From a virus: a DNA stretch of 64,000 bases. The first letter of the stretch is position 1. Each line of letters opens with the position of its first letter. Position numbers and translations under genes: made by a program. The notes beneath the pieces are model-generated. The model saw only the letters and a list, made by a program, of their open reading frames with translations. It was not told the origin of the DNA and made no database searches. Positions 43,901 through 52,794 of this stretch are shown piece by piece. The DNA lies in the IMG/VR virus record IMGVR_UViG_3300027810_000002, positions 96,001-160,000 of that record; one strand, 5' to 3'.

Positions 43901-46900
43901 TTGAACTGGTCCATGGATTTACATAATCACCAACCTGTATTATCGCGTTATTTGTTGAATGTCCTTCAAATAATTCTATTCCTTGGAATCCTTGATCTCC
44001 TTTAGTTCCTTTTAATCCTTGATCTCCAGCTCCTCCAGTAGATCCTTTCTCTCCTTGGAATCCAGATCCTCCAGTAGAACCTTGGAATCCTTTATCTCCT
44101 TTTAATCCTTTATCTCCTTGGAATCCTTGATCTCCAGCTCCTCCAGTAGATCCTTTCTCTCCTTGGAATCCAGCTCCTCCAGTAGAACCTTGGAAACCTT
44201 TATCTCCCTTTAACCCGGTGTCTCCTTGGAATCCTTGATCTCCAGCTCCTCCAGTAGATCCTTTCTCTCCTTGGAATCCAGCTCCTCCAGTAGATCCTTG
44301 GAAACCTTTATCTCCTTTTAGACCTTTATCTCCTTGATCTCCTTGATCTCCAGCTCCTCCAGTAGAACCTGTAGCTCCTTGGAATCCGGTATCTCCTTGG
44401 AATCCCTGGGCTCCTCCTCCTCCAGTAGAACCATCTGATCCTTGGAATCCTTGATCTCCAGCTCCTCCAGTAGATCCTTTCTCTCCTTGGAATCCTTGAT
44501 CTCCAGCTCCTCCAGCAGATCCTTTCTCTCCTTGGAATCCTTGATCTCCTTTTAATCCTGTATCTCCTTGGAATCCTTGATCTCCAGCTCCTCCAGTAGA
44601 ACCAATAGTTCCTTGGAATCCTTGATCTCCAGCTCCTCCAGTAGATCCTGTATCTCCTTGGAATCCTTGATCTCCAGCTCCTCCAGTAGAACCAATAGTT
44701 CCTTGGAATCCTTGATCTCCAGCTCCTCCAGTAGATCCTGTATCTCCTTGGAATCCTTGATCTCCAGCTCCTCCAGTAGATCCTTGATCTCCTTGGAATC
44801 CATCAGCACCATCTATACCATTAGTACCATCTATACCATTTGTACCGTTTGTACCGGCATCTCCTTGTGCTCCATCTATTCCGTTTGTACCGTCTGTTCC
44901 ATCTGCTCCGTTTGTACCGTTTGTACCGGCATCTCCTTGTGCTCCATCTATTCCGTTTGTACCGTCTGTTCCATCTGCTCCGTTTGTACCGTCAGTTCCA
45001 GCAGCTCCTTGTGCTCCATCTGCTCCGTCTATACCGTTTGTACCAGCATCTCCTTGTGCTCCATCTATTCCGTCTGTACCGTCAGTTCCAGCAGCTCCTT
45101 GTGCTCCATCTGCTCCGTCTATACCGTTTGTACCAGCATCTCCTTGTGCTCCATCTATTCCGTCTGTACCGTTTGTACCAGCAGCTCCATCTGCTCCGTC
45201 TGTTCCGTCTATACCGTTTGTGCCAGCATCTCCTTGTGCTCCATCTATTCCGTTTGTACCGTCTGTTCCATCTGCTCCATCTATTCCGTTTGTACCAGCA
45301 TCTCCTTGTGCTCCATCTATTCCGTTTGTACCGTCTGTTCCGTTTGTACCATCAGTTCCAGCGGCTCCTTGTGCTCCATCTGTTCCATCAGTTCCAACAG
45401 CTCCTTGTGCTCCATCTATTCCGTTTGTACCGTTTGTACCATCAGCTCCGTCTATACCGTTTGTACCAGCATCTCCTTGTGCTCCATCTATTCCGTTTGT
45501 ACCGTTTGTACCATCAGTTCCGTTTGTACCATCAGCTCCGTCTATACCGTCTGTTCCAGCAGCTCCTTGTGCTCCATCTATTCCGTTTGTTCCGTCTGTT
45601 CCGTCTATTCCGTTTGTACCGTCTGCTCCGTCTATACCGTCTGTTCCAGCAGCTCCTTGTGCTCCATCTATTCCGTTTGTACCGTTTGTACCATGAGCTC
45701 CATCTATACCATCAACTCCAGCATCTCCTTGGAATCCTTGAATTCCATCAATTCCTTTGTCTCCTACTTCTCCTTGATATCCTTGGAAACCAACAGCTCC
45801 GTCTGTTCCGTCTATTCCGTTTGTACCGTCTGTTCCGTCTATACCGTTTGTACCATCTGTTCCGTTTGTACCATCAGCTCCGTCTATACCATCAGCTCCG
45901 TCTATGCCGTTCGTACCGGCAGCTCCTTGTGCTCCATCTATTCCGTTTGTACCGTCTGTTCCGTTTGTACCATCTGTTCCGTCTATACCGTCTGTTCCAG
46001 CAGCTCCTTGTGCTCCGTCTATACCGTTTGTACCATCTGTTCCGTTTGTACCATCTGTTCCGTCTATACCGTCTGTTCCAGCAGCTCCTTGTGCTCCGTC
46101 TATACCGTTTGTACCATCTGTTCCGTTTGTACCATCTGTTCCAGCAGCTCCTTGTGCTCCATCTGTTCCGTCTGTTCCGTCTATACCGTTTGTACCATCA
46201 GCTCCGTCTATACCGTCTGTTCCAGCAGCTCCTTGTGCTCCATCTATTCCGTTTGTTCCGTCTGTTCCGTCTATTCCGTTTGTACCGTCTGCTCCGTCTA
46301 TACCGTCTGTTCCAGCAGCTCCTTGTGCTCCATCTATTCCGTTTGTACCGTCTGCTCCGTTTGTACCGTCTATACCGTTTGTACCATCAGCTCCATCTAT
46401 TCCGTTTGTACCGTCTGTTCCATCTGCTCCGTCTGTTCCGTTTGTACCATCAGTTCCAGCAGCTCCGTCTGTTCCGTCTATACCGTTTGTACCGTCTATG
46501 CCGTTTGTACCATCAGCTCCGTCTATACCGTCTGTTCCAGCAGCTCCTTGTGCTCCATCTATTCCGTTTGTACCGTCTGTTCCGTCTATACCGTCTGTTC
46601 CAGCAGCTCCTTGTGCTCCATCTATTCCGTTTGTACCGTCTATACCGTTTGTACCATCAGCTCCAAAATCTCCATCTCTTCCAGGATCTCCTTGATCTCC
46701 TTGGAAACCTTTATCTCCTTCAAACCCCTGAGGACCAATAGGTCCTTGTGCTCCACCGCCTCCGGTTCCTCCTGCACTTGGAATCCAAACATAATCACCA
46801 GCTTCAGCACCAGCCCCTAAAAGACCAGTATCATTTGAATTAACTAAGTGTAATTTTAAAACTTTATCTAAATCGTCTATTAGATCTAGGTCGCCGTCAG

Positions 46901-47075
46901 TACCGGTTCCCATTACCCTATAACCTTTTATAACTTGGCCAACTAAATCAAGATTATAATCCATCTCATCGTGGGTTAATGGTCTTAATCTATCTCCTTC
47001 ATTCGGGTATTGTGGCTGGTATTGTCCGTTCTCTGATTTATACTGTTCACCAGATGTGTTTAGTGGATCTTGCAT
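40935..47075 (-). CDS. Giant collagen-like fibre protein (2046 aa)
   Basis: N-terminal anchor (PLTHDEMDYNL), two long Gly-X-Y tracts split by a ~155-aa globular insert (~43510-43980), C-terminal beta domain. Confidence 0.92.
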   Translation of the reverse strand: MQDPLNTSGEQYKSENGQYQPQYPNEGDRLRPLTHDEMDYNLDLVGQVIKGYRVMGTGTDGDLDLIDDLDKVLKLHLVNSNDTGLLGAGAEAGDYVWIPSAGGTGGGGAQGPIGPQGFEGDKGFQGDQGDPGRDGDFGADGTNGIDGTNGIDGAQGAAGTDGIDGTDGTNGIDGAQGAAGTDGIDGADGTNGIDGTNGIDGTDGAAGTDGTNGTDGADGTDGTNGIDGADGTNGIDGTNGADGTNGIDGAQGAAGTDGIDGADGTNGIDGTDGTNGIDGAQGAAGTDGIDGADGTNGIDGTDGTDGAQGAAGTDGTNGTDGTNGIDGAQGAAGTDGIDGTDGTNGTDGTNGIDGAQGAAGTDGIDGTDGTNGTDGTNGIDGAQGAAGTNGIDGADGIDGADGTNGTDGTNGIDGTDGTNGIDGTDGAVGFQGYQGEVGDKGIDGIQGFQGDAGVDGIDGAHGTNGTNGIDGAQGAAGTDGIDGADGTNGIDGTDGTNGIDGAQGAAGTDGIDGADGTNGTDGTNGTNGIDGAQGDAGTNGIDGADGTNGTNGIDGAQGAVGTDGTDGAQGAAGTDGTNGTDGTNGIDGAQGDAGTNGIDGADGTDGTNGIDGAQGDAGTNGIDGTDGADGAAGTNGTDGIDGAQGDAGTNGIDGADGAQGAAGTDGTDGIDGAQGDAGTNGIDGADGAQGAAGTDGTNGADGTDGTNGIDGAQGDAGTNGTNGADGTDGTNGIDGAQGDAGTNGTNGIDGTNGIDGADGFQGDQGSTGGAGDQGFQGDTGSTGGAGDQGFQGTIGSTGGAGDQGFQGDTGSTGGAGDQGFQGTIGSTGGAGDQGFQGDTGLKGDQGFQGEKGSAGGAGDQGFQGEKGSTGGAGDQGFQGSDGSTGGGGAQGFQGDTGFQGATGSTGGAGDQGDQGDKGLKGDKGFQGSTGGAGFQGEKGSTGGAGDQGFQGDTGLKGDKGFQGSTGGAGFQGEKGSTGGAGDQGFQGDKGLKGDKGFQGSTGGSGFQGEKGSTGGAGDQGLKGTKGDQGFQGIELFEGHSTNNAIIQVGDYVNPWTSSNIVASKVTWNYHGTLNPTGALTSSYAIHDMAVSLDGYDNCKQDSAISQQLLAVSQALNAVKSASSVNQLIGMITLIDCDDFTNFVRIPIDKTFQLHGTSGFTCVPNGNSTTYGIITNSSKLGIEIEVYGASITGSDGTQGFQGSDGSTGGGGAQGFQGDTGFQGATGSTGGAGDQGFQGDKGLKGDTGFQGSSGGSGFQGDKGLKGDKGFQGSTGGAGFQGEKGSTGGAGDQGFQGDTGLKGDKGFQGEKGSAGGAGDQGFQGDKGLKGDKGFQGSTGGAGFQGEKGSTGGAGDQGFQGDTGFQGTIGSTGGAGDQGFQGDTGLKGDKGFQGSSGGSGFQGDKGFQGDKGFQGDKGLKGDKGFQGSTGGAGDQGFQGEKGSAGGAGDQGFQGDKGLKGDKGFQGSTGGAGFQGDTGLKGDKGFQGEKGSTGGAGDQGFQGDTGLKGDKGFQGSTGGAGFQGDTGLKGDKGFQGEKGSTGGAGDQGFQGDTGLKGDKGFQGSTGGAGFQGDTGLKGDKGFQGEKGSTGGAGDQGFQGDTGLKGDKGFQGSTGGAGFQGDKGLKGDKGFQGSSGGSGFQGDKGFQGDKGLKGDKGFQGSAGGAGDQGFQGEKGSAGGAGDQGFQGDKGLKGDKGFQGSTGGAGFQGDKGFQGDKGLKGDKGFQGSTGGAGDQGFQGEKGLKGDKGFQGSSGGSGFQGDKGFQGDKGLKGDKGFQGSSGGSGFQGDKGFQGEKGSAGGAGDQGFQGEKGSAGGAGDQGFQGAKGFQGAKGFQGLKGTKGDQGFQGLKGTKGDQGFQGLKGTKGDQGFQGEKGSAGGAGDQGFQGLKGTKGDSGTGGGIGDQGDTGLKGDKGFQGTQGPENTGFTCTEYIGINSTAYSTQNTTTNISNSFVQIPITFTNGYYITGISASYGQTANGEGCIFELIRHDSANSVVVVTEYTHPSNQKMVSSIVSASPAIVKDNHYSIRVKSGSAGGGIGYTVTLTLTHSSCFLM

Positions 47076-47093
47076 TATTATTTTTTAGTATTT

Positions 47094-47633
47094 TTAATTT
47101 TGACTTCTTTCTTTCTTATATAAATCTATTAAATAATTAATAGTATTAATAAAGTATACCTCGATATAACCACAATCGATGTATTGTCTTTGTACTTTAA
47201 TGTATTCGTCTAATTTTAATTCATTCCAAACAGCTAAGATCTCATTATACTTATATAAGTAAGAGTCTTTTCCTGTGTTCAGCGCATCCATCGAGGCAGT
47301 TTGCACGTTTTCTGATGTTGTTGTAAATCTACGAGTGGTTGGTTCGTATTGCACAGGGGTTGTTGAGGTGTTAGGTGATGTCATTGTAAATCTTTTTAAT
47401 AAATAAAGATTTAATTGAAAACATTGAATATTATCCCAATTAGGTTCCGCTGGAAATGTAGCAATAAATGCATCTAAATCCGCAAGAGTATTAAATGTTC
47501 TTGAGGTTTTAACGTCTGATTCATTACTTAACGATTCTAAAAGAATGTTGGAAATACTACTCTCCGCATTTAAATTCCTAAATTGTCGAAGTTTTACTGA
47601 AATAAGTTTTAAAGTAAGTATATCTGTTATCAT
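47094..47633 (-). CDS. Hypothetical protein
   Basis: 179 aa, coupled upstream of the fibre gene. Confidence 0.7.
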   Translation of the reverse strand: MITDILTLKLISVKLRQFRNLNAESSISNILLESLSNESDVKTSRTFNTLADLDAFIATFPAEPNWDNIQCFQLNLYLLKRFTMTSPNTSTTPVQYEPTTRRFTTTSENVQTASMDALNTGKDSYLYKYNEILAVWNELKLDEYIKVQRQYIDCGYIEVYFINTINYLIDLYKKERSQN

Positions 47634-48038
47634 CTATCCTCCTGTTTTTTTGAATAAGTCTAGTGCTTGTGTAATTAAAATTGCAATAAGACCACCAATA
47701 CCTGTTAAAAGAGCCCATGCAAATTTAACGAAACCCGATTTGAATCTCATAAGATCTTTGTGTTCTTCAAGTATTTTTTGAGTTTGTTCTAATTCAGCCT
47801 CAGCTGCTAATCTAGCCTCAGTATTCTTTTTAGTCTCAACAATAACTCCATCAAAAGGACTTAAGAGTTGTCTTTTCATCTCTTTCATTTCCCTTTTCAT
47901 ATCATTTTGGTTTTCAACCAATTGATTTAAGGCATTCTCGATTTGAATAAAATTAGGATCTTCCATTCTACCTTTAAATGTAGAAAATAGATCATATAAT
48001 TCTTGTATAAGTTCCTTAGGTGATTTTTCGTGTTGCAT
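47634..48038 (-). CDS. Coiled-coil protein with C-terminal TM segment
   Basis: FAWALLTGIGGLIAILI; GATATATA at 48068-48075. Confidence 0.7.
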   Translation of the reverse strand: MQHEKSPKELIQELYDLFSTFKGRMEDPNFIQIENALNQLVENQNDMKREMKEMKRQLLSPFDGVIVETKKNTEARLAAEAELEQTQKILEEHKDLMRFKSGFVKFAWALLTGIGGLIAILITQALDLFKKTGG

Positions 48039-48104
48039 CTAGTTAAATTGATCTTTTTTGTCTAATCTATATATCTAAATGAAATCAGACTCAATTTAAT
48101 TTAA

Positions 48105-48617
48105 TCACTTCGCGTTCAATTCGTTTTGTATTTTTGCCCAGTAGTATTCAGTCCTTTTATTCTTATAACCCCGGGGACCTCCGTTCCAATTACGAGCAAT
48201 AGTTTCAAAGCCTCCTTTAGGGTGGTGATAGTTTTTCCAAACCATAAACATTTCAATAGACCTTTCTCTATTGTATCGATCTTTTTTAGAATATCTTTTA
48301 TTGGATTTCTGAATCTTTAAAATTCTATTAACCTCTCTCAGCATTATTGGTCTGATTTGTAAAGCACCTACTGCTTCATTACCTACCAGGTGTTTGTCAC
48401 CTATTGCTGAGTCATTACCTAGTGACTCGACCTGAATCATCGCCGGAATTAGGTTATCTTTTACACTAATCAGTTCGACTCTCTTAGGTTCAATCTTTGT
48501 AACTGCTATGATCTTCTTTCTTTCTTGAGGAGGATCATTAGGCACCTGTTTAATACTACCCCCACTAATAATAAGTGGTAAAATAAAAACAGAAATAAGT
48601 AATGGATTACGTTTCAT
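48105..48617 (-). CDS. Lysozyme-like/lytic transglycosylase with N-terminal signal-anchor
   Basis: MIQVES (catalytic Glu), AVGALQI, ARNWNGGPRGY, YWAKI. Confidence 0.8.
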   Translation of the reverse strand: MKRNPLLISVFILPLIISGGSIKQVPNDPPQERKKIIAVTKIEPKRVELISVKDNLIPAMIQVESLGNDSAIGDKHLVGNEAVGALQIRPIMLREVNRILKIQKSNKRYSKKDRYNRERSIEMFMVWKNYHHPKGGFETIARNWNGGPRGYKNKRTEYYWAKIQNELNAK

Positions 48618-48640
48618 ATTATTATTGTTTATTTACTATA

Positions 48641-48685
48641 CTAATATAAACAAAAAAACCCAAACAAAAAAATGTTTGGGCTTTT
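48641..48685 (-). promoter_or_regulatory. Early-type promoter (TATATTAG, TTTG upstream) overlapping a terminator hairpin
   Basis: ttttttgtttgggtttttttgtt-TATATTAG; CCCAAACA/TGTTTGGG stem. Confidence 0.55.
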
Positions 48686-48705
48686 ATTTTCAATAAATTT
48701 TAAAT

Positions 48706-49182
48706 TTATTTAAGTTGACCTTTAATGTAATCAGAAGGTGCATCTTTTATAATGATATTGCTTCCGCTTTCATCTAATAAATCTTTAGGACCTTTATATC
48801 CTTGATATCCTAATCCTCCAGATCCTATACCAGATCCTGAACCAGATCCTGAACCATCTACAGGTCCTCCTGGATTAATCTTAATAATACCATCACTAGA
48901 ACCTCCAGATCCTATACCAGATCCTGAACCAGATCCTGAACCAAATTCAGGTATATCAGTTATAATAGGTTTTATAGGTTTTATTCCACCTGTACCATAA
49001 CCTGATCCTGATCCTGATCCTGAGTTAGTTGTTCCACCGTGTCCAGATCCTGAACCAGATCCTGAACTAGTTGTTTGACCACCAGAACCAACTGGCTTAA
49101 CTGGTGCGTTCTTTTTAGTAACCGCCTTTCTAACGAAGAATGCAACCACTGCTAATACCAATAATCCTAATAATAATTTCAT
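48706..49182 (-). CDS. Membrane-anchored Gly/Ser-rich protein
   Basis: N-terminal TM followed by repeated GSGSGSG tracts. Confidence 0.75.
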   Translation of the reverse strand: MKLLLGLLVLAVVAFFVRKAVTKKNAPVKPVGSGGQTTSSGSGSGSGHGGTTNSGSGSGSGYGTGGIKPIKPIITDIPEFGSGSGSGSGIGSGGSSDGIIKINPGGPVDGSGSGSGSGIGSGGLGYQGYKGPKDLLDESGSNIIIKDAPSDYIKGQLK

Positions 49183-49276
49183 GCTTTATATAATTGTTTT
49201 TAATTTATAGATAGTTCTACATGGTATATATTCACAAAAAAAGTGTAACATTTCACAATTACACTTTTTTAATAGC

Positions 49277-49465
49277 TTAGGCCGGTCCACCGACGCCGAA
49301 GTTGAACAAGTAATAGTCATCAGACTCTTCATCACTTTCATCAAATTGGTCAAACATAATTGGCTCGAAGTCAATCATGTCTTCCACTGAAAGGGATTTA
49401 TTAACAGATAATTTTTCGTTTTGTTCATCTAGCGAAGTTGGATCTACTTCGTTGATGAAATCCAT
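49277..49465 (-). CDS. Small highly acidic protein
   Basis: 62 aa, D/E/F-rich; promoter at 49508-49534. Confidence 0.6.
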   Translation of the reverse strand: MDFINEVDPTSLDEQNEKLSVNKSLSVEDMIDFEPIMFDQFDESDEESDDYYLFNFGVGGPA

Positions 49466-49507
49466 TAGATAAATAAATATTTTTTAGTATAGGTTATTCT
49501 ATATTAA

Positions 49508-49534
49508 TATATATTCTAGTTTCTAAAAAAGTTT
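49508..49534 (-). promoter_or_regulatory. AAAC-N17-TATATA promoter
   Basis: taaac-ttttttagaaactagaa-tatata. Confidence 0.55.
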
Positions 49535-49535
49535 A

Positions 49536-49862
49536 TTATTTTTTGTGATTATTTTCACTTGATTCTAAATCTTTTTCAAGATTTAAACTCCAGATTCTAT
49601 CGTTAGGTACGACGAACTTTCTTTCATGATCGTATAGGTAAAAAGTAGTGCGATAAACTGATTGTCTGACTATTCTCGCCTTCTTAGTTCCATTGATCCA
49701 TACTACATCATCCACGTTAAAATCGTTACCGTATAAGAACATAGCACCTGTGTAAAATTTAGATATAGAATCCTTGAAAGCAATAGAAATAACAGCAGTT
49801 GCAACAAGCCATCCCCATTCTCCTAGTATTTTTTCAACTATTTCCCTTACTGATTCTATCAT
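49536..49862 (-). CDS. Minimal MscS-like protein (pore helix plus beta domain)
   Basis: AFKDSISKFYTG...FNVDDVVWING...RTT...VVPN matches the MscS TM3/Sm-like domain pattern. Confidence 0.6.
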   Translation of the reverse strand: MIESVREIVEKILGEWGWLVATAVISIAFKDSISKFYTGAMFLYGNDFNVDDVVWINGTKKARIVRQSVYRTTFYLYDHERKFVVPNDRIWSLNLEKDLESSENNHKK

Positions 49863-49998
49863 CCCAATATGCTTTATAATCTTTTATAGTTCCTTTGAAC
49901 CTTCTGATTTTATTTAACCTAGGATCTTCAGCAACACCAGGCTGGGTTGCATTAATTTCTTGATTAGGTTTTATGTTTTTTCCTCCAATAGTCTTCAT
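49834..49998 (-). CDS. Small hypothetical protein (54 aa)
   Basis: MKTIGGKNIKPNQEI...ISKGNS; GATATATA at 50003-50010. Confidence 0.5.
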   Translation of the reverse strand: MKTIGGKNIKPNQEINATQPGVAEDPRLNKIRRFKGTIKDYKAYWDDRISKGNS

Positions 49999-50016
49999 TA
50001 GTTATATATCTATAAC

Positions 50017-50217
50017 TTAATCTAAGCTTATTCGATAACCAACCCACCATAGATCTATTCTAATAAAGAAAGCGCCATTATTAAATCCAAATCCAAAACG
50101 TAACATTCTGTTCCAATGATCAAGTTTGATTTTGTGAATCATTTTTCTTTTTTTAGCTCCTATTCTAATCATCCAATCATTTATAGATTCTTCTTCTCTG
50201 CGTTTGCGATTATTCAT
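50017..50217 (-). CDS. Small hypothetical protein
   Basis: 66 aa in a tightly packed operon. Confidence 0.6.
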   Translation of the reverse strand: MNNRKRREEESINDWMIRIGAKKRKMIHKIKLDHWNRMLRFGFGFNNGAFFIRIDLWWVGYRISLD

Positions 50218-50316
50218 TTATAATAAAGGTCCCGCACTTCCTGATTTGATTGCAGCCTTCATTCGCTGTTCTTCTAACCAAATTAGATAGTTCCATATTT
50301 TTTTAATAGTATTCAT
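50218..50316 (-). CDS. Microprotein (32 aa)
   Basis: MNTIKKIWNYLIWLEEQRMKAAIKSGSAGPLL fills the gap exactly. Confidence 0.5.
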   Translation of the reverse strand: MNTIKKIWNYLIWLEEQRMKAAIKSGSAGPLL

Positions 50317-50319
50317 AGT

Positions 50320-51366
50320 TTAATTACTTAAGGGTGCTTTAATACTCGGGTGATATTTATAATCTTTAACTTCAAAATCAAATTCACCATCTAATAAGTT
50401 TACATTACTAAATTCTACTGTTGGTAAATCATACATTTCCCTAGATAATTGTTCTCTTGCTTGATCTTCATGATTCTTATATAAGTGAACATCACCTAAG
50501 TTTCCAATCAATTGATCTGGAATCATATTAACTTCCTCTGCAATTAAACAAAGTAATGCCGCATAACTCGCAATATTAAATGGAAGTCCTAAGAAAGTAT
50601 CTACAGATCTTTGGTTCCACATTAGAGAGATTGCCCTTGTAGGTACATTATCATCGTCCATCATGTCCAGGCCATTTATTTTACCATAAGTATTTCCTCC
50701 TCCTTCTTCCCATGTTTTATCTGAACCTGAATATATTTTATATCTTTCGTCAAAACTTAACTCCCTAGTGTAAACTTGGAATCCATAATGACAAGGTGGA
50801 AGAGTCATTTGGTCTAACTCACCAACATTCCATGCTGATACCATTAACCTTCTACTATCTGGGTTTGTTTTTAATTCTTTAATAAGGTTTGCGATTTGGT
50901 CTATTAAAACTTCTCCTTCTTTGTAACCCCATTCAAATACATCTTCTTGTTTCCATTTCCTCCACTGTTTACCGTATATTGGACCAAGTTCTCCCCACTT
51001 CTCTGCAAAAGCATCATTGGTTTTAATGTTATCAATAAATTCCTTTTGGGATAATGAATGATCGTGTGGTGGGTTACATTCTATATCTGCGTATTTCTTA
51101 TAAGCATCACCGTTCCATACGTTACAATTATTATCAACTAAGTATTTGATGTTTGTATCTCCTTTAAGAAACCATTTCAATTCAGTCATCATCGTCTTAA
51201 CTGCCATTCTCTTGGTAGTCAATAAAGGAAATCCATCAGACATATTGTGTCTAATTTGGCGACCGAATACTGAAAGTGTTCCAGTTCCTGTGCGATCTGA
51301 TTTTTCTGTTGAGTTTTCTAATAGAGTTCCAAGCAAGGCTCGGTATTGTTCTTCAATTCTATTCAT
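50320..51366 (-). CDS. thyA: Thymidylate synthase
   Basis: DRTGTGT, ELKWFL, PDSRR, LPPCH, QRSVDTFLGLPFN (Asn, dUMP-specific), HLYKNH. Confidence 0.97.
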   Translation of the reverse strand: MNRIEEQYRALLGTLLENSTEKSDRTGTGTLSVFGRQIRHNMSDGFPLLTTKRMAVKTMMTELKWFLKGDTNIKYLVDNNCNVWNGDAYKKYADIECNPPHDHSLSQKEFIDNIKTNDAFAEKWGELGPIYGKQWRKWKQEDVFEWGYKEGEVLIDQIANLIKELKTNPDSRRLMVSAWNVGELDQMTLPPCHYGFQVYTRELSFDERYKIYSGSDKTWEEGGGNTYGKINGLDMMDDDNVPTRAISLMWNQRSVDTFLGLPFNIASYAALLCLIAEEVNMIPDQLIGNLGDVHLYKNHEDQAREQLSREMYDLPTVEFSNVNLLDGEFDFEVKDYKYHPSIKAPLSN

Positions 51367-51472
51367 TTTCTATTTCTTTACTGCATCCTCCGCAAGTTTC
51401 TCTCCATACTGCGTTTAATGCTCCACATTCACATATCCATGATTGATCTACTAAACTTTTCTCAGTGTTCAT
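51359..51472 (-). CDS. RanBP2-like zinc-finger microprotein (37 aa)
   Basis: WICECGALNAVWRETCGGC. Confidence 0.6.
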   Translation of the reverse strand: MNTEKSLVDQSWICECGALNAVWRETCGGCSKEIENE

Positions 51473-51550
51473 TTAGTTAATTGGTTTATGTCCACCTATT
51501 AGTAATTCCCAGTATGCTTTTAAAGCCTTTTTAATTTTTCTTATTGCCAT
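51473..51550 (-). CDS. Microprotein (25 aa)
   Basis: MAIRKIKKALKAYWELLIGGHKPIN abuts the next ATG. Confidence 0.45.
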   Translation of the reverse strand: MAIRKIKKALKAYWELLIGGHKPIN

Positions 51551-51589
51551 CTTTTCTTAACATTACATGTTTTAGTTTGTTCTTCAATT

Positions 51590-51811
51590 CTATTCATTAA
51601 TAAAGTTGTTAATGTCTTCCATCTCTCTTTTGATGATAGCGCAATATGTATATAATTCTTCTTTCTCAAAGGCCTTAAGAGCCCATCCCATTTCTTGTAC
51701 TGTACCTATTCTTAACCAGTCAATAAAATCATCTTCATCCTCAAAGTGTTCTATTAAAACCCTAGGGTTAATTAGATCAATATACATTCTTTCTAGTTCT
51801 TCTGGATCCAT
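51590..51811 (-). CDS. Small acidic protein with UVR-like C-terminus
   Basis: Start at a TAATG overlap (51811); FEKEELYTYCAIIKR. Confidence 0.6.
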   Translation of the reverse strand: MDPEELERMYIDLINPRVLIEHFEDEDDFIDWLRIGTVQEMGWALKAFEKEELYTYCAIIKREMEDINNFINE

Positions 51812-52176
51812 TATAGATATTTTAACCAAGCCCAAAATCTTCGGTTCTTAAGGTATTCATAGTCATTTTCATTTGCATACGCTTCTCTTTCAAAAGAGAT
51901 ATTATAGTAAGCTTTCTTTCCATAGAAAAACAGTTTTATAAACCATTCAGTAATATACAAAACATAAAAAGGAATGATTAGAAGTTCTTCCTGTTGCTTG
52001 ATATGAATACTCTCATGATTAACTGTTCTTTTTCTTTTAGTCACGTAATAGTTTGTAGTTCTTTGGTAGTATTCTCTTAAAATTACAAATGGCCATAAGG
52101 TTATTCCACCAATATTCATAAACCAACTAATACTATTTAAGAATTTATCACTATACTTAACAATAGGAGTTTTCAT
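51811..52176 (-). CDS. HExxH-containing membrane-associated protein
   Basis: GITLWPF, NHESIHIKQQ, ISFEREAY. Confidence 0.75.
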   Translation of the reverse strand: MKTPIVKYSDKFLNSISWFMNIGGITLWPFVILREYYQRTTNYYVTKRKRTVNHESIHIKQQEELLIIPFYVLYITEWFIKLFFYGKKAYYNISFEREAYANENDYEYLKNRRFWAWLKYL

Positions 52177-52177
52177 T

Positions 52178-52438
52178 CTATTTAATTTTGTTTTGTCGAG
52201 ATACTTGATTGCTCTCCATTTCTTTTAATAACTTATATTTTAATTCTTCGAACTGAATATCAGTATGTGTACTGTTGATACACTCAAATTGTATCTCAGT
52301 TTCTCCTGGTGTATAGTTCTTAAGAACAAGTAAATTATATTCATCCATGATTGGTGACTCCTGGAAGTCTAAAAACACGTTCGATACTTCATCTTCGGTT
52401 TTACCATAGGGCATTCTAACTATTAAAATTGGTGTCAT
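52178..52438 (-). CDS. Hypothetical protein
   Basis: 86 aa; promoter at 52460-52486. Confidence 0.65.
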   Translation of the reverse strand: MTPILIVRMPYGKTEDEVSNVFLDFQESPIMDEYNLLVLKNYTPGETEIQFECINSTHTDIQFEELKYKLLKEMESNQVSRQNKIK

Positions 52439-52459
52439 TTTTATGATGTTTAATTTAAA

Positions 52460-52486
52460 ATTATATCAAAAAATTACAGATTGTTT
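52460..52486 (-). promoter_or_regulatory. AAAC-N17-TATAAT promoter
   Basis: gaaac-aatctgtaattttttga-tataat. Confidence 0.7.
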
Positions 52487-52794
52487 CAAATGTTAAATAT
52501 ATCCTCATCTCCTTCAAGATCCACGTTATCGTCTTGAAATCTATTTAAAGCTTCTTTTAGTTCGTGAACTCTCCATTCATGATCGAAAACTTCTTCAATA
52601 CTTACCTTACCGTTCTTGTGTAATTTTTTAAATTTAGAAAGATCTTTTTTTGCCGTATTTAGCATACGTGTAAGTTCTTTTTCACCTGTTGTTAAAGATT
52701 CTATTGAAATTTTATTAGATTTAATTTCTTTTTCTATTACCTCAAAATGAATACGAGGAAATAGGTCACAAAATTTACTTAAAAGTTGTTTCAT
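52486..52794 (-). CDS. Hypothetical protein
   Basis: 102 aa; GATATATA at 52838-52845. Confidence 0.65.
   Translation of the reverse strand: MKQLLSKFCDLFPRIHFEVIEKEIKSNKISIESLTTGEKELTRMLNTAKKDLSKFKKLHKNGKVSIEEVFDHEWRVHELKEALNRFQDDNVDLEGDEDIFNI

Noticed and set aside
44568-46820. Long plus-strand ORFs of 750, 633 and 263 aa (Cys/Ser-, Leu/Arg- and Pro-rich)
   Set aside because: Antisense to the GTD/GTN/GID repeat block, which lacks stop-generating codons.
49186-49374. 62-aa minus-strand ORF MTSSQLCL...
   Set aside because: Overlaps 49277..49465 out of frame and spans the late motif of the next gene.
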